From a virus (Duplodnaviria > Caudoviricetes): a stretch of DNA of 64,000 nt. Below the pieces are notes generated by a model. The model saw only the letters and a list, made by a program, of their open reading frames with translations. It made no database searches and was not told where the DNA came from. The stretch is taken from positions 96,001 to 160,000 of the IMG/VR virus record IMGVR_UViG_3300032280_000442; one strand, given 5' to 3'. Position numbers and translations under genes: made by a program. How positions within the stretch are numbered: position 1 is the stretch's first letter; every line of letters begins with the position of its first letter. Shown one piece after another: positions 46,565-57,452 of this stretch.

Positions 46565-47227
46565 ATGGCACAAATATATTATTTTAATCCGTGTTGCGGA
46601 GGTTTAGAACCATTTGGGATTCCAAATAATTCAATTCCATTCACAACTTTCCCTGGTTTTATCGATACAGTAGGAACTCAGTATGGTTTAGTTATTGGTT
46701 CATACTCAGGATGTGTAACATATAGTGGTGTTTCAACAACAGATTTAGGTTATGAAATAAAAAACTATGGTGATACACTTCCAACATTTTTATCATATGA
46801 TTGTGAGTTTTGTTTAGAATATATTTTTCCTTGTGTCGATACGCCTACAGTAACAACACCCATAATTATTGGGTATAAAAATGAATGTGGAATAATAACG
46901 ATTCTACCAATGCTTGTCGAATGTGAGATATCTCAACCAACATCTTCGGATTCTTTTGATGGTGAAGTTTCAGTATCAATAACAGGAGGTACACCTCCAT
47001 ATACAGTTACTTGGTCAAATAATGGTAACATATCACCCGCATTAGATGGTCAAGGCATTGGGTCATACACCGCAACAACAGTTGATTATTGGGGTGATTT
47101 TACCGCAGTAACAGTTTGTAATCTTTTTGCCGAAAAAAATTGTTCATTTAACGCAACCATTGTGGAACAAGATATTAATGATTGTTTACCAACCGCTATG
47201 TCCGGATACACATTTGATTTAACATAA
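46565..47227 (+). CDS. SprB-repeat structural protein
   Basis: DGEVSVSITGGTPPYTVTWSN..GSYTATTVD; TATTTATA 46538-46545. Confidence 0.7.
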   Translation: MAQIYYFNPCCGGLEPFGIPNNSIPFTTFPGFIDTVGTQYGLVIGSYSGCVTYSGVSTTDLGYEIKNYGDTLPTFLSYDCEFCLEYIFPCVDTPTVTTPIIIGYKNECGIITILPMLVECEISQPTSSDSFDGEVSVSITGGTPPYTVTWSNNGNISPALDGQGIGSYTATTVDYWGDFTAVTVCNLFAEKNCSFNATIVEQDINDCLPTAMSGYTFDLT

Positions 47228-47234
47228 AAAATAT

Positions 47235-49448
47235 ATGCCAGCAACATTTTCAGCATCAACCTGTATATCATCAAATAACACTTCACCGGGTCCATTTAAC
47301 ATTTATTTGGATAGCGACTACACATCTACACCATTTTCTTCAGCAACTCTTACACAATTAACGAGTTGCCCTTTTGTTATTATAGTCCCAACAGGAACAA
47401 CTAGTTTAGGATTTAAAGATACCCTTTTAGATTTTTGTTTTGAAACAACAATTCAAGATAATAACATCTGTAGTAATTGTAATTTAGGATTATCTAATTA
47501 TTCATCATCAACAATAACACAATTGTCTTGTGGTATTTTAACTGGTACTTGTTTAAATATTAATGATTATGTGATAAATTGGTATGGCCCAAATAATACA
47601 ACAACATTATCGTTTACTTCAGGTGCCGGTAGTTTTCTAACTACGGGTATGATTCCTCATCCTTTTTTAAATAATAATTCAATACCGTTACCTGAAGGTG
47701 TTTATACACCTGTTATTAGTAAAATTAAATTAAGTGGAATTACCTTTTCAAATACTGGTGGTACGGGTACAGTATTATTTAGTGGAAATTGTTTACCTTC
47801 AACAACTATACTACCATTATCGTGTAGTAACCAAACTAATCCTTCGAAATCTTTACCATATTCAGCATACAATCATTATATTTCTTACGAATTTCTTAAC
47901 GGAGATACACCAACACCTGTTAATTTAACGTATAAAGTTTCCGCAACTACACAATTTTTTGCTTGGAGATTTAAGGGGTCCAATAATCCGGATAGAATAA
48001 CTATTAAATTTAGTGGTAGCTCATATGGCACAAATATACTTGGGTTAGATGATTTTGTTGTCGGGAGTAATAATAATATAAACAATTTTAACTCAACAAT
48101 TTTTCCTAAATCAGCAAGTACACCTAATTTTTTTACTAAATTAACTTGTTTAACCGGGTTAACAGTAAATAATAATGATAATATTTTAATAACTATAACT
48201 CCCGGAACATCAGAAACTGTTTGGGAATTATATTCAACTTGTTTAACTAATTACGATTGTACGAGTTGTTTATTTACCAATCCGTATAAAATAATCGGTT
48301 CAACAATTACAGGTATAACCGGTAGTTGTTCCTCAAGAGTTAGATTTTCAATTTCAGGATGTAATAACTCATCTTATTTGTCAAGTGATTTATATAAATA
48401 TTATGTGGATGTTAACCAAACATCACCATTTCAATTCCCATTTAATGAAGTATCACCTAATTTTATTACTCTTGATGAGGTAGGGTCTAACCCTATTAAA
48501 TTTAATAGTGCAGAGTTCTATAATAATCAAAATTTTTGTAACCAAACAAATCTATTTAATTTAACAAGTAATTGTGCCACCGACACAAATAATGTTAGAT
48601 ATCAAAAAACATTTGTAGGTGGTGTTGGGTCTAAAGGTGTTTTAAATATCACAGGGTCTTCTACCGTAATATCAACATATTATAATAGTTGGAATTATGC
48701 TAAAACTAATTATTCCGGTAGCTCGTCCTCAACAAACGTGAACTATTATAGATATTTTTTAATTAAGATTCCTTCACAAACAAGCCCTAATAATTGTTTA
48801 GAAAATGTATCATCGGCCTCATTTAGTGTTCACCCATCCTCAACAGTATCGACAGGGTTAACTAGTAGTGGTAGTTATTATTTCAGACTAACGGCTGAAA
48901 CCATAACTAACAATTTTTCATCAACAACCACTTGTGACCTTAATTGTTTAAATTATAGTAACTTATATGTTAATAGTATTAACACCAATTCAACCGGAGG
49001 AACTTACGATAGAGAATTTATATACACACCAAATACAAATAATTTTGGGGTTTACTATACTAACCCTGTTTACGTAGGTTTTACAGTAGATATAACTAAT
49101 CAAACATTATCAGCACAAACTATTAGTGGTAGATTATATACCAACCAATGGACCACTAATACAATTCCGTATTCTGGTGTAAGTAATACATTAATACCTT
49201 CTTTTTCCGGAACATTGTGTAATTATAATACTTTAGGTGGTGTAATAATCTCTACACTTAATACTTTTTATAATAACTATAATTTTTATTATTATTTTAT
49301 TAGAACGTTTAATCTTACCGATTTTGAAATATGGTCAGCACCTACTATAAGTTATAGTGCCAACACTAACCCAAATAACGCAATTTTAGCATACAGATAT
49401 TCAGGTGGAAATGTTACATATTCATCATCAACATATATAATCGGATAA
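47235..49448 (+). CDS. Ser/Thr/Asn/Cys-rich putative virion fibre protein
   Basis: 737 aa; N-terminal SPGPFNIY module. Confidence 0.65.
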   Translation: MPATFSASTCISSNNTSPGPFNIYLDSDYTSTPFSSATLTQLTSCPFVIIVPTGTTSLGFKDTLLDFCFETTIQDNNICSNCNLGLSNYSSSTITQLSCGILTGTCLNINDYVINWYGPNNTTTLSFTSGAGSFLTTGMIPHPFLNNNSIPLPEGVYTPVISKIKLSGITFSNTGGTGTVLFSGNCLPSTTILPLSCSNQTNPSKSLPYSAYNHYISYEFLNGDTPTPVNLTYKVSATTQFFAWRFKGSNNPDRITIKFSGSSYGTNILGLDDFVVGSNNNINNFNSTIFPKSASTPNFFTKLTCLTGLTVNNNDNILITITPGTSETVWELYSTCLTNYDCTSCLFTNPYKIIGSTITGITGSCSSRVRFSISGCNNSSYLSSDLYKYYVDVNQTSPFQFPFNEVSPNFITLDEVGSNPIKFNSAEFYNNQNFCNQTNLFNLTSNCATDTNNVRYQKTFVGGVGSKGVLNITGSSTVISTYYNSWNYAKTNYSGSSSSTNVNYYRYFLIKIPSQTSPNNCLENVSSASFSVHPSSTVSTGLTSSGSYYFRLTAETITNNFSSTTTCDLNCLNYSNLYVNSINTNSTGGTYDREFIYTPNTNNFGVYYTNPVYVGFTVDITNQTLSAQTISGRLYTNQWTTNTIPYSGVSNTLIPSFSGTLCNYNTLGGVIISTLNTFYNNYNFYYYFIRTFNLTDFEIWSAPTISYSANTNPNNAILAYRYSGGNVTYSSSTYIIG

Positions 49449-49450
49449 TT

Positions 49451-50740
49451 ATGAGTAAATATTATACAATAACACTATCATTTGGGACAACATCTCCAGG
49501 TCCTTACACAATTTATCTTAATCAGTCGCCACCAGCAGTAATCCCACCAAGATATCCTATAGGAGGTTTGGCGGAAAATATATCATTAGATACATTACTA
49601 GCCGGAATAACAGTTGAGGTACCGGATAACACTACATCCATTATTGTTTATAACACATATTGTGGAACTTCCTTGTTTTTAATACCACCTGTGACAATAA
49701 CATATTCCGATTTTTGTTTAACAATACGGCCAAATGGAAGACGTTCTTCAACAATTATACATTTCACTTATAGTAGTTTAGATTCAAATAATAAACCAAT
49801 TTGGTTGGGTGATGATTCACCCCAATCATCAATTAATTGGGTAAATGGTCAATGGTTATTGTCACCGAATGTTTACGATAACATAATATTTTCAACATCT
49901 CAAATAAACGCAACAACAACATACCCTACTAATTGGAATTCAGCAAATGCTAATGAAATTAACCCTATTGCAATATCATCAATTGTGATAAATGAAGGTA
50001 GTTGTGTCGAAACAAGAAAAGAATTACCTCCTGTAAGTGTTACTCAACCAACTTGTTTATGTGATGGTAGTATCATTTTTAATGTTCAATTAGATAATCC
50101 ACCATTTAATTATTCTATTGATAACGGTGTGACTTATTATTCATTCCCAATTTTTACAGACCTTTGTAGTGGAATATATAATCTATCAGTTGTTGATTCA
50201 TTAGGCGATACTTATTCAAGTTCAGTCACATTAGACAAACCAACACAAACAACCACATATAATTTATCACTTTTTACAACCAACACAACACCAGTTGTGA
50301 ATAACATATCATTAGTTAATTCTTATGAAACAACCGTTATTATAAACCCACCATTACCTGATGGAACAACAGTAACATTTGATATTATACATAACAATAG
50401 TTTCTATTCTTCACCAAATAGTGGAACATCAATATTAACAACATCAACAGTATTATCTAAAAATAGTACTACAATATCGTTAAGTAATACATCAAATTAT
50501 ACTAATGAATCTGTTAATACAATAACAAATTGTCAAAAAGAATATGTTTACCAATCAAATCTTGACGAGGTTTGGAATTCATTGACAATTACAAATAGTG
50601 ACACAATAACTATTAGTACAACATCAAGAGTTGATAAAACAACTTCAGGTGAATGTGTTGTTGGATATAGTATGGATAGTTACTCAATTAGTAATGCTGT
50701 TATCAGTGGATGCGATTGTTGCACAATAAAAATTAATTAA
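49451..50740 (+). CDS. Putative virion protein with SprB-like repeat
   Basis: SPGPYTIY module; QPTC..DGSI..YSIDNG..L.SG.Y...V.D. Confidence 0.65.
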   Translation: MSKYYTITLSFGTTSPGPYTIYLNQSPPAVIPPRYPIGGLAENISLDTLLAGITVEVPDNTTSIIVYNTYCGTSLFLIPPVTITYSDFCLTIRPNGRRSSTIIHFTYSSLDSNNKPIWLGDDSPQSSINWVNGQWLLSPNVYDNIIFSTSQINATTTYPTNWNSANANEINPIAISSIVINEGSCVETRKELPPVSVTQPTCLCDGSIIFNVQLDNPPFNYSIDNGVTYYSFPIFTDLCSGIYNLSVVDSLGDTYSSSVTLDKPTQTTTYNLSLFTTNTTPVVNNISLVNSYETTVIINPPLPDGTTVTFDIIHNNSFYSSPNSGTSILTTSTVLSKNSTTISLSNTSNYTNESVNTITNCQKEYVYQSNLDEVWNSLTITNSDTITISTTSRVDKTTSGECVVGYSMDSYSISNAVISGCDCCTIKIN

Positions 50741-50767
50741 TAATAAAACACAGAATATTTATAAAGT

Positions 50768-53215
50768 ATGGCATATATAGTTAAAAATACATCAGCATTA
50801 ATTAATACAAGATTAACCGACACGGCTAGACTAAAACTATCTCAAGGTAATTTTAATATTTCATATTTCCAAATAGGGGATAGCGAAATTTCATATAATA
50901 CATTAACCGGAACATCTTACAATCAAACTAGTAATAATATATTAGAACCTAACTTTAATTCTCAAAATTCTGCTCAAGGTCAAACTAATAAACAGAATGT
51001 TAAATACCCTATTTATGTTGACCAAAATAACAATAACACATACGGTATTCCATTTTCAGAACCAGCAGTTTCTCCAATATATAATAGAGCAACAATGAGA
51101 GGATTTTTTAGTGGTAATTCTTCTAATTTATCACAAACCTGGAGTGCTTATACAGACACTGATTATGTTATTAATTCTAATTATGTTGTAGATATTTCAA
51201 CATTTACAGGTGGAACAAAAATTAAAATAATTTACTCAGGATGTAATATAGATATTGTTAGATTACCAGTTAAAGGAGATTTAATCACAATTTTTTATGA
51301 TGGTAATACAACTTCTTGTGGTAGTGGACCAATTTCTGTAACTCCAACATCAACACCAACCCCAACACCAACCCCATCATATGATGCTTGTGCATTACCA
51401 CTACCAACACCAACACCATCGGCCAGTTGTTGTGTCACAACACCCACAGGATGTACACCAACACCTGTTATTAACACATTTTCAAATGTTGAAAGTTGTT
51501 ACAATATTTTAACTTATAAAATTATTGATGTTTGTTTAAATGTTATAACATTAGATAGAGTAACACCTAATTATTCATATATTGCATCGGGATGTTCATA
51601 TGTTAGAACATTAGTATATCCTCCAAATATGTCCGATTTATACGATAGTATATCACCAACACCCCATTGGAATCCGGATGTAATTAATTTTGAATCTATC
51701 TGTAACACAGATGAATTTGATGTTAAGGTTTGGAATATGAATATTCCTTGGACTGAAAACCCGGCAGGGTTAATTGATTCGGGAAGTAATGCTGTGCAAA
51801 ATTATAAATCATTTGGGTCTAAATCATATATTGGAACTAAAGAATATTTAGGTTATATGTCAAATAGTGGTCAAACATTTGTTGATTATAATGGTGACAT
51901 TGAAGATTCCGTTTATTATTATGATTCGTTTAGTAATAAAATTGTTGTTACACCTAAAGAACAGAAAGCCATTGCTATTATTCACTACACAAATAATACT
52001 ATTGATTTTTTCTATGGTGAAAAATTTGCACTTGAGCAACCTATTGCCGGGACAAACCCAATTGATGTTACAGGAGATGCTAGAAATTTTAAATTACATT
52101 TACCTTGGCTAATGTGGCATAAAAATCCTTATTCTTGCGCTAGTTGTGTGGGTGAAACATTTTATGTTTATCCACCTGAAAATTCGCTTAAAATAGACGT
52201 TAATACTTTATTTAAACCACACTACATTAAATCTACTAAAAATAACGATATGAATATGCCAGGTATTCGTTATTATATGTTATGGGACTCAAACCCTAAC
52301 GCTATTGATGGTAGACCTAATAGAGTTGGTAAAGTATTTCCGGACCAAAAAATAATTATAATTGATGATGAGGAATTAATAGCTGCATTATCTTATAAAT
52401 CAAATCGTAATTGGACTTTACCTGCGGCAACCACATCATTGATTGTCCCAAATAGTTGTAATTCGGAACAATCATCACCATTAGGAGTATTAAGTGGAAC
52501 TAACCAAACAATGTATGTTACTTATTTATTAACAAACACATCATCAGGAGCAACAAATTCATTACATTGTAACTACTACTCAAGTATAGTTGGTCCAAAC
52601 GTAGATTGTGGAACACCGGGTTCTCAAAATGTTGCAGTTAGATTTGGTTCAGAATTTAATTGTTTAAAACAAATCACAGGTAATACACTTGCAAATGGAT
52701 TTGTTGCAAATAGATTTCAAATAATTTGTCAATTAGTTGAAGATGGTGGAAGACCTGAATCTGATGGTTGGAAAATAATTGATTTTACTAACCAATTAAG
52801 TGCAACAACTGTAAATGGATTTTTAACTCAAAGTGGGTTAACAAACAATACATTTGTCATTACAAACGATTTATATAACCCATCAATATCAAACCAATAC
52901 AATTTAAGTAATTACATTTCCTTACCAACAGTTGGTCAAACAGGTCAAACACTTAATTTTGGTGATGAATACTATTTTTATGGAACATTAGAAACTGACA
53001 TTCAAGCAACCATTTATGAAATGAGATATAAAATAAATCTTGGTCAAGCAGAATTCCAAAACTCATCAAATCCAAGTTGGTCTCAAGGTCTTCCTCCATA
53101 TATTTCAGAAATTGGTCTTTACGATAACGAAATGAATCTTATGATTGTATCAAAGCTACAATCTCCTGTTCAAAGACAGGGTATTCAACAGTTTTTAGTA
53201 AAATTTGATTTTTAA
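50768..53215 (+). CDS. Tail collar/baseplate fibre-like protein
   Basis: N-terminal LTDTAR..L..G.F.ISYFQIGDSE; C-terminal ISEIGLYD..L..VSKL..P; TATTTATA 50756-50763. Confidence 0.65.
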   Translation: MAYIVKNTSALINTRLTDTARLKLSQGNFNISYFQIGDSEISYNTLTGTSYNQTSNNILEPNFNSQNSAQGQTNKQNVKYPIYVDQNNNNTYGIPFSEPAVSPIYNRATMRGFFSGNSSNLSQTWSAYTDTDYVINSNYVVDISTFTGGTKIKIIYSGCNIDIVRLPVKGDLITIFYDGNTTSCGSGPISVTPTSTPTPTPTPSYDACALPLPTPTPSASCCVTTPTGCTPTPVINTFSNVESCYNILTYKIIDVCLNVITLDRVTPNYSYIASGCSYVRTLVYPPNMSDLYDSISPTPHWNPDVINFESICNTDEFDVKVWNMNIPWTENPAGLIDSGSNAVQNYKSFGSKSYIGTKEYLGYMSNSGQTFVDYNGDIEDSVYYYDSFSNKIVVTPKEQKAIAIIHYTNNTIDFFYGEKFALEQPIAGTNPIDVTGDARNFKLHLPWLMWHKNPYSCASCVGETFYVYPPENSLKIDVNTLFKPHYIKSTKNNDMNMPGIRYYMLWDSNPNAIDGRPNRVGKVFPDQKIIIIDDEELIAALSYKSNRNWTLPAATTSLIVPNSCNSEQSSPLGVLSGTNQTMYVTYLLTNTSSGATNSLHCNYYSSIVGPNVDCGTPGSQNVAVRFGSEFNCLKQITGNTLANGFVANRFQIICQLVEDGGRPESDGWKIIDFTNQLSATTVNGFLTQSGLTNNTFVITNDLYNPSISNQYNLSNYISLPTVGQTGQTLNFGDEYYFYGTLETDIQATIYEMRYKINLGQAEFQNSSNPSWSQGLPPYISEIGLYDNEMNLMIVSKLQSPVQRQGIQQFLVKFDF

Positions 53216-53218
53216 CCT

Positions 53219-53818
53219 ATGAAAAAAACATTAAAAGAAAGCCCTAAAGTTTTAGGGCTTGATGTTTCAACCAAAACTATTGGGTGGGCATTATTTGACA
53301 TACAAAGTAGAGAATTATTAGAATTAACCCACGTATCTCCAACACCAAAACCAAAAGAAGAAAATAAAATAAAAGAATTACTTCTTAAAGGTGAAATCTT
53401 TAGAACTAAACTTTTAGAATATAAAGATATGGGTATTAGTAAAGTTATCATTGAAGAACCTTTATTAAACTCAAATAACGTCTATACTGTACAAACATTA
53501 TTAAGGTTTAACACTTTAGTCACAAAAGAAATTTACGACGTTTTAGGTATAGTTCCTGACTTTATATCAACATATAACTCTCGTAAGTTTGCCTTCCCTG
53601 AATTAGTCAAGGAAAATGACAAAGGTAAATTTGTATTATTCGGTGGTCTTCCAAAAGACATTGATAAGAAATTAATTATATGGGATTTAATAGCCAAGAA
53701 AGAACCTCAAATAACTTGGCAATACACAAGAAACAATACCCTCAAAAAAGAAAACTTCGACCAAACAGACGCTTATTGTTGTGTCTTAGGTCATATGAGA
53801 CAAGAAAATATATGGTAA
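53219..53818 (+). CDS. ruvC: RuvC-like Holliday junction resolvase
   Basis: LGLDVSTKTIGW, IIEEP, DQTDA. Confidence 0.85.
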   Translation: MKKTLKESPKVLGLDVSTKTIGWALFDIQSRELLELTHVSPTPKPKEENKIKELLLKGEIFRTKLLEYKDMGISKVIIEEPLLNSNNVYTVQTLLRFNTLVTKEIYDVLGIVPDFISTYNSRKFAFPELVKENDKGKFVLFGGLPKDIDKKLIIWDLIAKKEPQITWQYTRNNTLKKENFDQTDAYCCVLGHMRQENIW

Positions 53819-53819
53819 T

Positions 53820-53849
53820 AAAAAACCCCTCTTAACGGAGGGGTTTTTT
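53820..53849. terminator. Bidirectional terminator
   Basis: aaaaaacccctc-ttaacg-gaggggtttttt. Confidence 0.88.
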
Positions 53850-53862
53850 ATTTATTAACCTA

Positions 53863-56800
53863 TTACACAGATGTAAATGTTGAGTAATTACTTTCAATTA
53901 CATTTCCATTTATTAATGTCGCAGTAATTCTTATTCTATAATTATGTGTCGATGGTGGACAAGGCCCGTTCCATCCATTAGGTCCATCACTACCCGGGAA
54001 AGGTCCTTCCCAATCTGTTGGTTGAATATTTGCACTAATCCAAGCACCATTAGCTACGATATTTGTTTGAAGTGGGTCAATATCTGTTACATACCAATGA
54101 ACAAAATATCCTTCAGGACTACTACCAGGTGAGTCAATATCTTCACAAAGTAATTCATAACTTAAAATATTTGTAGTATCAAAATTATTTAAAATCCAAA
54201 CTAATTCAGGACTATCGTTTGCAGATGAACATAGTACTAAATTTTTATAATTAGAAGGAATTAAACCTCCTTCTGTATAAGATGTACTATATAACGTCAT
54301 TGATGGAATACCTTTCTTACAAGTTGAGAAAATATCGATACTACATCCATTAGGAAACTCTTTATTACATTCAGTTTTAAAAGTATACACAATATTACCA
54401 CTACTTGTTTCTGAATATGTCACATATCCTGAAACATTTAACGTAACCGTTGTATCACCATTAGTCGGTGGATATAATATTACTTTAATAATATCACCAC
54501 TATTTGTTGGTAAAGTACCTACAAATATGTTAACATCAAAATTAGGACCAAACGAATAAACAAGACTTGTAACATTATTTGGTGTTGTAACATATATCTC
54601 ACCAGTAACATCAGCCGCTTTACAATCGCTCCAATTTCTTAAATTTGTTGGACAAGCGCCCTCAAGAGGTAGAAAATCAAGAGCTTTTTTACAATCTTCA
54701 CAAGGTGTTCTACTTGGGATATTAGGGAATAATGTCACACCACCCGTAAAGTAATTATTAGGATATGTTACACCAAACCATTGATTTTGTAATTGTTGTA
54801 AATTACTACCAATAGCCATTAATTGCCAACAAACTCTACTAGGTATGTGTAATACAACATCATTAATTAGATTACCAGGAACTGCCGGAACCGGTTGAAT
54901 AACCACAGTTGTTTCAGACGGACGACGAGTTCCACAAATCATATACACGTAATACATAGTTTTTGATGTTGTAGATGGAGTCATTGTTGGTGTATGAGTC
55001 GGTGTTACCGTTGGTGTTGTTGTCATTGTTGGTGTTTTTGTTACTGTTTGTGTTGGTGTTTTTGTTACTGTCGGTGTCGGTGTTTTTGTTACTGTCGGTG
55101 TTGGAGTTTGAGTAGGTGTTACAGGAGGTGTCGTACCAACAGTTGCTGTTGGACTTGGCGTAAGTGTCGGTGTCGCAGTTCTTGTTGGTGTTAGAGTCGG
55201 AGTTTTAGTCATTGTAACAGTAGGTGTTGGTGTATATGTAGGTGTCGGTGTTGGAGTTGGTTTAGGACAAACACAATTAATACCATAATCTATATACATT
55301 TCTACTAAAACATCTGAATTCTGTAACGATGTTGGGTCGCAATTTGTTGTAACAGTTATACTATTATTAAAAGCGTCAATAGTTACATTACCAGGTCCAA
55401 TTTGAGGACACGATTCTATCAATGAAATAACCGTTGAAAACCATAATCCGTCTGTAGGATAATCAGTTAATGATGTACTATTATAAAATATTGTAGAGTT
55501 AACACAAGCCCCAACTGTTACTTGTGCAGTAAATGTCGCTGCAGTTAATTCACAATTATAATAACCTGAGGTTATTAACGCTTGAGAAATTAATTCGTTA
55601 TATCCTTCGTAAAAATATTGTTTTGGATTAGATTCTATAATAATACTATCACTTAATTTTCCATTACAAACATTATAATAACCAGTAGAACTAAATTCAG
55701 TATAACCTCTAATAGGTCTTAATTTTGTTTTAGAACAACCAGCACTATCAACAATTCTAACTGAATAATCACCTGCAGGTAAATTAGGTATTGTCATAAC
55801 TGATGTCCCAACTGTACCCCCATTAAAATATAATGTAAATGGCGGAGTTCCATTTGTAATATAAGCAGTAATTAAACCGTCATTATTATATGAATCATCC
55901 CCTAATAAATTAAAATCAATTGTATTTGATTGGTCAATTGTAAATGGTTGTGTTTGTTTACAAAATAATGAATCTGTAACAATTGCAAGATAATTTCCAC
56001 TAACTAAATTATTAAACGTATACGAAGTTAATGATACGTTATAAATAGATTGTCCATCAATCTGATATATATACGGTGGAGTACCTCCACTAGTTATAAA
56101 TAAAGTAACTGAACCATTATCACCATTACAAGTCGTTCCGGTGGTTGAAGTTCCCAAATCAAACGTATTAACGTTATTAATTGTATACGCACTTGTAAAT
56201 GAACAAGCCCCATTATCTGTAATATCTAAAGTATAATTTCCCGAAGAAAGATTATTAAATATCCAACTTGATTCATAAACAGTATTTGAATTTTGATTAC
56301 CTAATGAGTCAGTTAAAGTAAATGTATACGGAGAAACACCCCCAAAAACAACAATAGGACCTATTACTCCCGATGAATCATTACAAGTTGAATTTGTGAT
56401 GTCTACAGAAATTATTGACATCCCTCTTGGTGTTAATAAACTTGTACTTGTTGTAAAAGTACATAAACCAGCATCAACTACTTGAATTGTGAAACCTCCC
56501 GGTCCTAATCCTGTAAAAACAACTGTTCTATCAAACGTAATGTCCGTAACACCATTTGAACCTAAATAATAAAATGGTGCAGTACCTCCAGTTATAATAA
56601 TTTCAATTTCACCATCTGAAGTAAAACAAGTTGGTTGTGTTAAATAAATAGCACCTAACCCCACAGGTGGTATAGAAAAGATAACTGTAGTATTCGATAT
56701 TGAACAATAATTACTATCAGTTACGGTAACTGTATAAGTTCCTTCTGTTAATCCTGTAATACTATCATTTGTACTTCCGTTAGACCACAAATAAGTGTAA

Positions 56801-57417
56801 GGTGCAGTACCTGTTAATCCTGTTATAAATATTTTTCCTGAATTAACCCCACATCCAGCATCATCAACAGTATATAAACCAAAACTTAAGTTTGAGGAAC
56901 TTTTAACTATTACACTCTCAGATTTTCCTGTACATCCACCACCATCGTTAGCGATAACATAATAAGTCCCAACTGATAGGTTATCAAAAACATACGAATT
57001 ATTTGCAGGATAAAATGTTGATATTAAACCCGTAATTTCACTATATAACGAAAACACCGCACTTCCATAAAAATTAGTAGTTGATGCCGTTAAAGAACCA
57101 TTATTGGAATCACAAATAGTATTATTAACATCTAATATTGAAACACAGGTTCCACTAGATATATAAATGTTTACAGGTAGAACAGTATTACCCGAAATAC
57201 AACTATCAATAATGTTAAATGAATAGGTATTCGCAGATAAATTTGTTCTAGTGTATGCACTAACGCCAGCACCTAAGGCTGTTGTTCCTGTGATTGGGGA
57301 TAACCATTGGATGGTATAATCAGGAGCTTCACCAAAAATATTAATGGTAAATGAACCTAAGTTAAGATTAGTACAATCCCCTGTTATACTAGCGTTATAT
57401 GATAAAAGACAAGACAT
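53863..57417 (-). CDS. Large SprB-repeat/Thr-Pro virion protein with C-terminal PEBP (YbhB/YbcL) domain
   Basis: Multiple GGT.P(Y/F).Y..G.Y...V.D..C repeats; TP tract; SPELVW..EDIDSP..FVHW..GPCPP..HNY. Confidence 0.75.
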   Translation of the reverse strand: MSCLLSYNASITGDCTNLNLGSFTINIFGEAPDYTIQWLSPITGTTALGAGVSAYTRTNLSANTYSFNIIDSCISGNTVLPVNIYISSGTCVSILDVNNTICDSNNGSLTASTTNFYGSAVFSLYSEITGLISTFYPANNSYVFDNLSVGTYYVIANDGGGCTGKSESVIVKSSSNLSFGLYTVDDAGCGVNSGKIFITGLTGTAPYTYLWSNGSTNDSITGLTEGTYTVTVTDSNYCSISNTTVIFSIPPVGLGAIYLTQPTCFTSDGEIEIIITGGTAPFYYLGSNGVTDITFDRTVVFTGLGPGGFTIQVVDAGLCTFTTSTSLLTPRGMSIISVDITNSTCNDSSGVIGPIVVFGGVSPYTFTLTDSLGNQNSNTVYESSWIFNNLSSGNYTLDITDNGACSFTSAYTINNVNTFDLGTSTTGTTCNGDNGSVTLFITSGGTPPYIYQIDGQSIYNVSLTSYTFNNLVSGNYLAIVTDSLFCKQTQPFTIDQSNTIDFNLLGDDSYNNDGLITAYITNGTPPFTLYFNGGTVGTSVMTIPNLPAGDYSVRIVDSAGCSKTKLRPIRGYTEFSSTGYYNVCNGKLSDSIIIESNPKQYFYEGYNELISQALITSGYYNCELTAATFTAQVTVGACVNSTIFYNSTSLTDYPTDGLWFSTVISLIESCPQIGPGNVTIDAFNNSITVTTNCDPTSLQNSDVLVEMYIDYGINCVCPKPTPTPTPTYTPTPTVTMTKTPTLTPTRTATPTLTPSPTATVGTTPPVTPTQTPTPTVTKTPTPTVTKTPTQTVTKTPTMTTTPTVTPTHTPTMTPSTTSKTMYYVYMICGTRRPSETTVVIQPVPAVPGNLINDVVLHIPSRVCWQLMAIGSNLQQLQNQWFGVTYPNNYFTGGVTLFPNIPSRTPCEDCKKALDFLPLEGACPTNLRNWSDCKAADVTGEIYVTTPNNVTSLVYSFGPNFDVNIFVGTLPTNSGDIIKVILYPPTNGDTTVTLNVSGYVTYSETSSGNIVYTFKTECNKEFPNGCSIDIFSTCKKGIPSMTLYSTSYTEGGLIPSNYKNLVLCSSANDSPELVWILNNFDTTNILSYELLCEDIDSPGSSPEGYFVHWYVTDIDPLQTNIVANGAWISANIQPTDWEGPFPGSDGPNGWNGPCPPSTHNYRIRITATLINGNVIESNYSTFTSV

Positions 57418-57452
57418 TTATTTTATCTAAATTATTGTATAGTTTATTTTTA

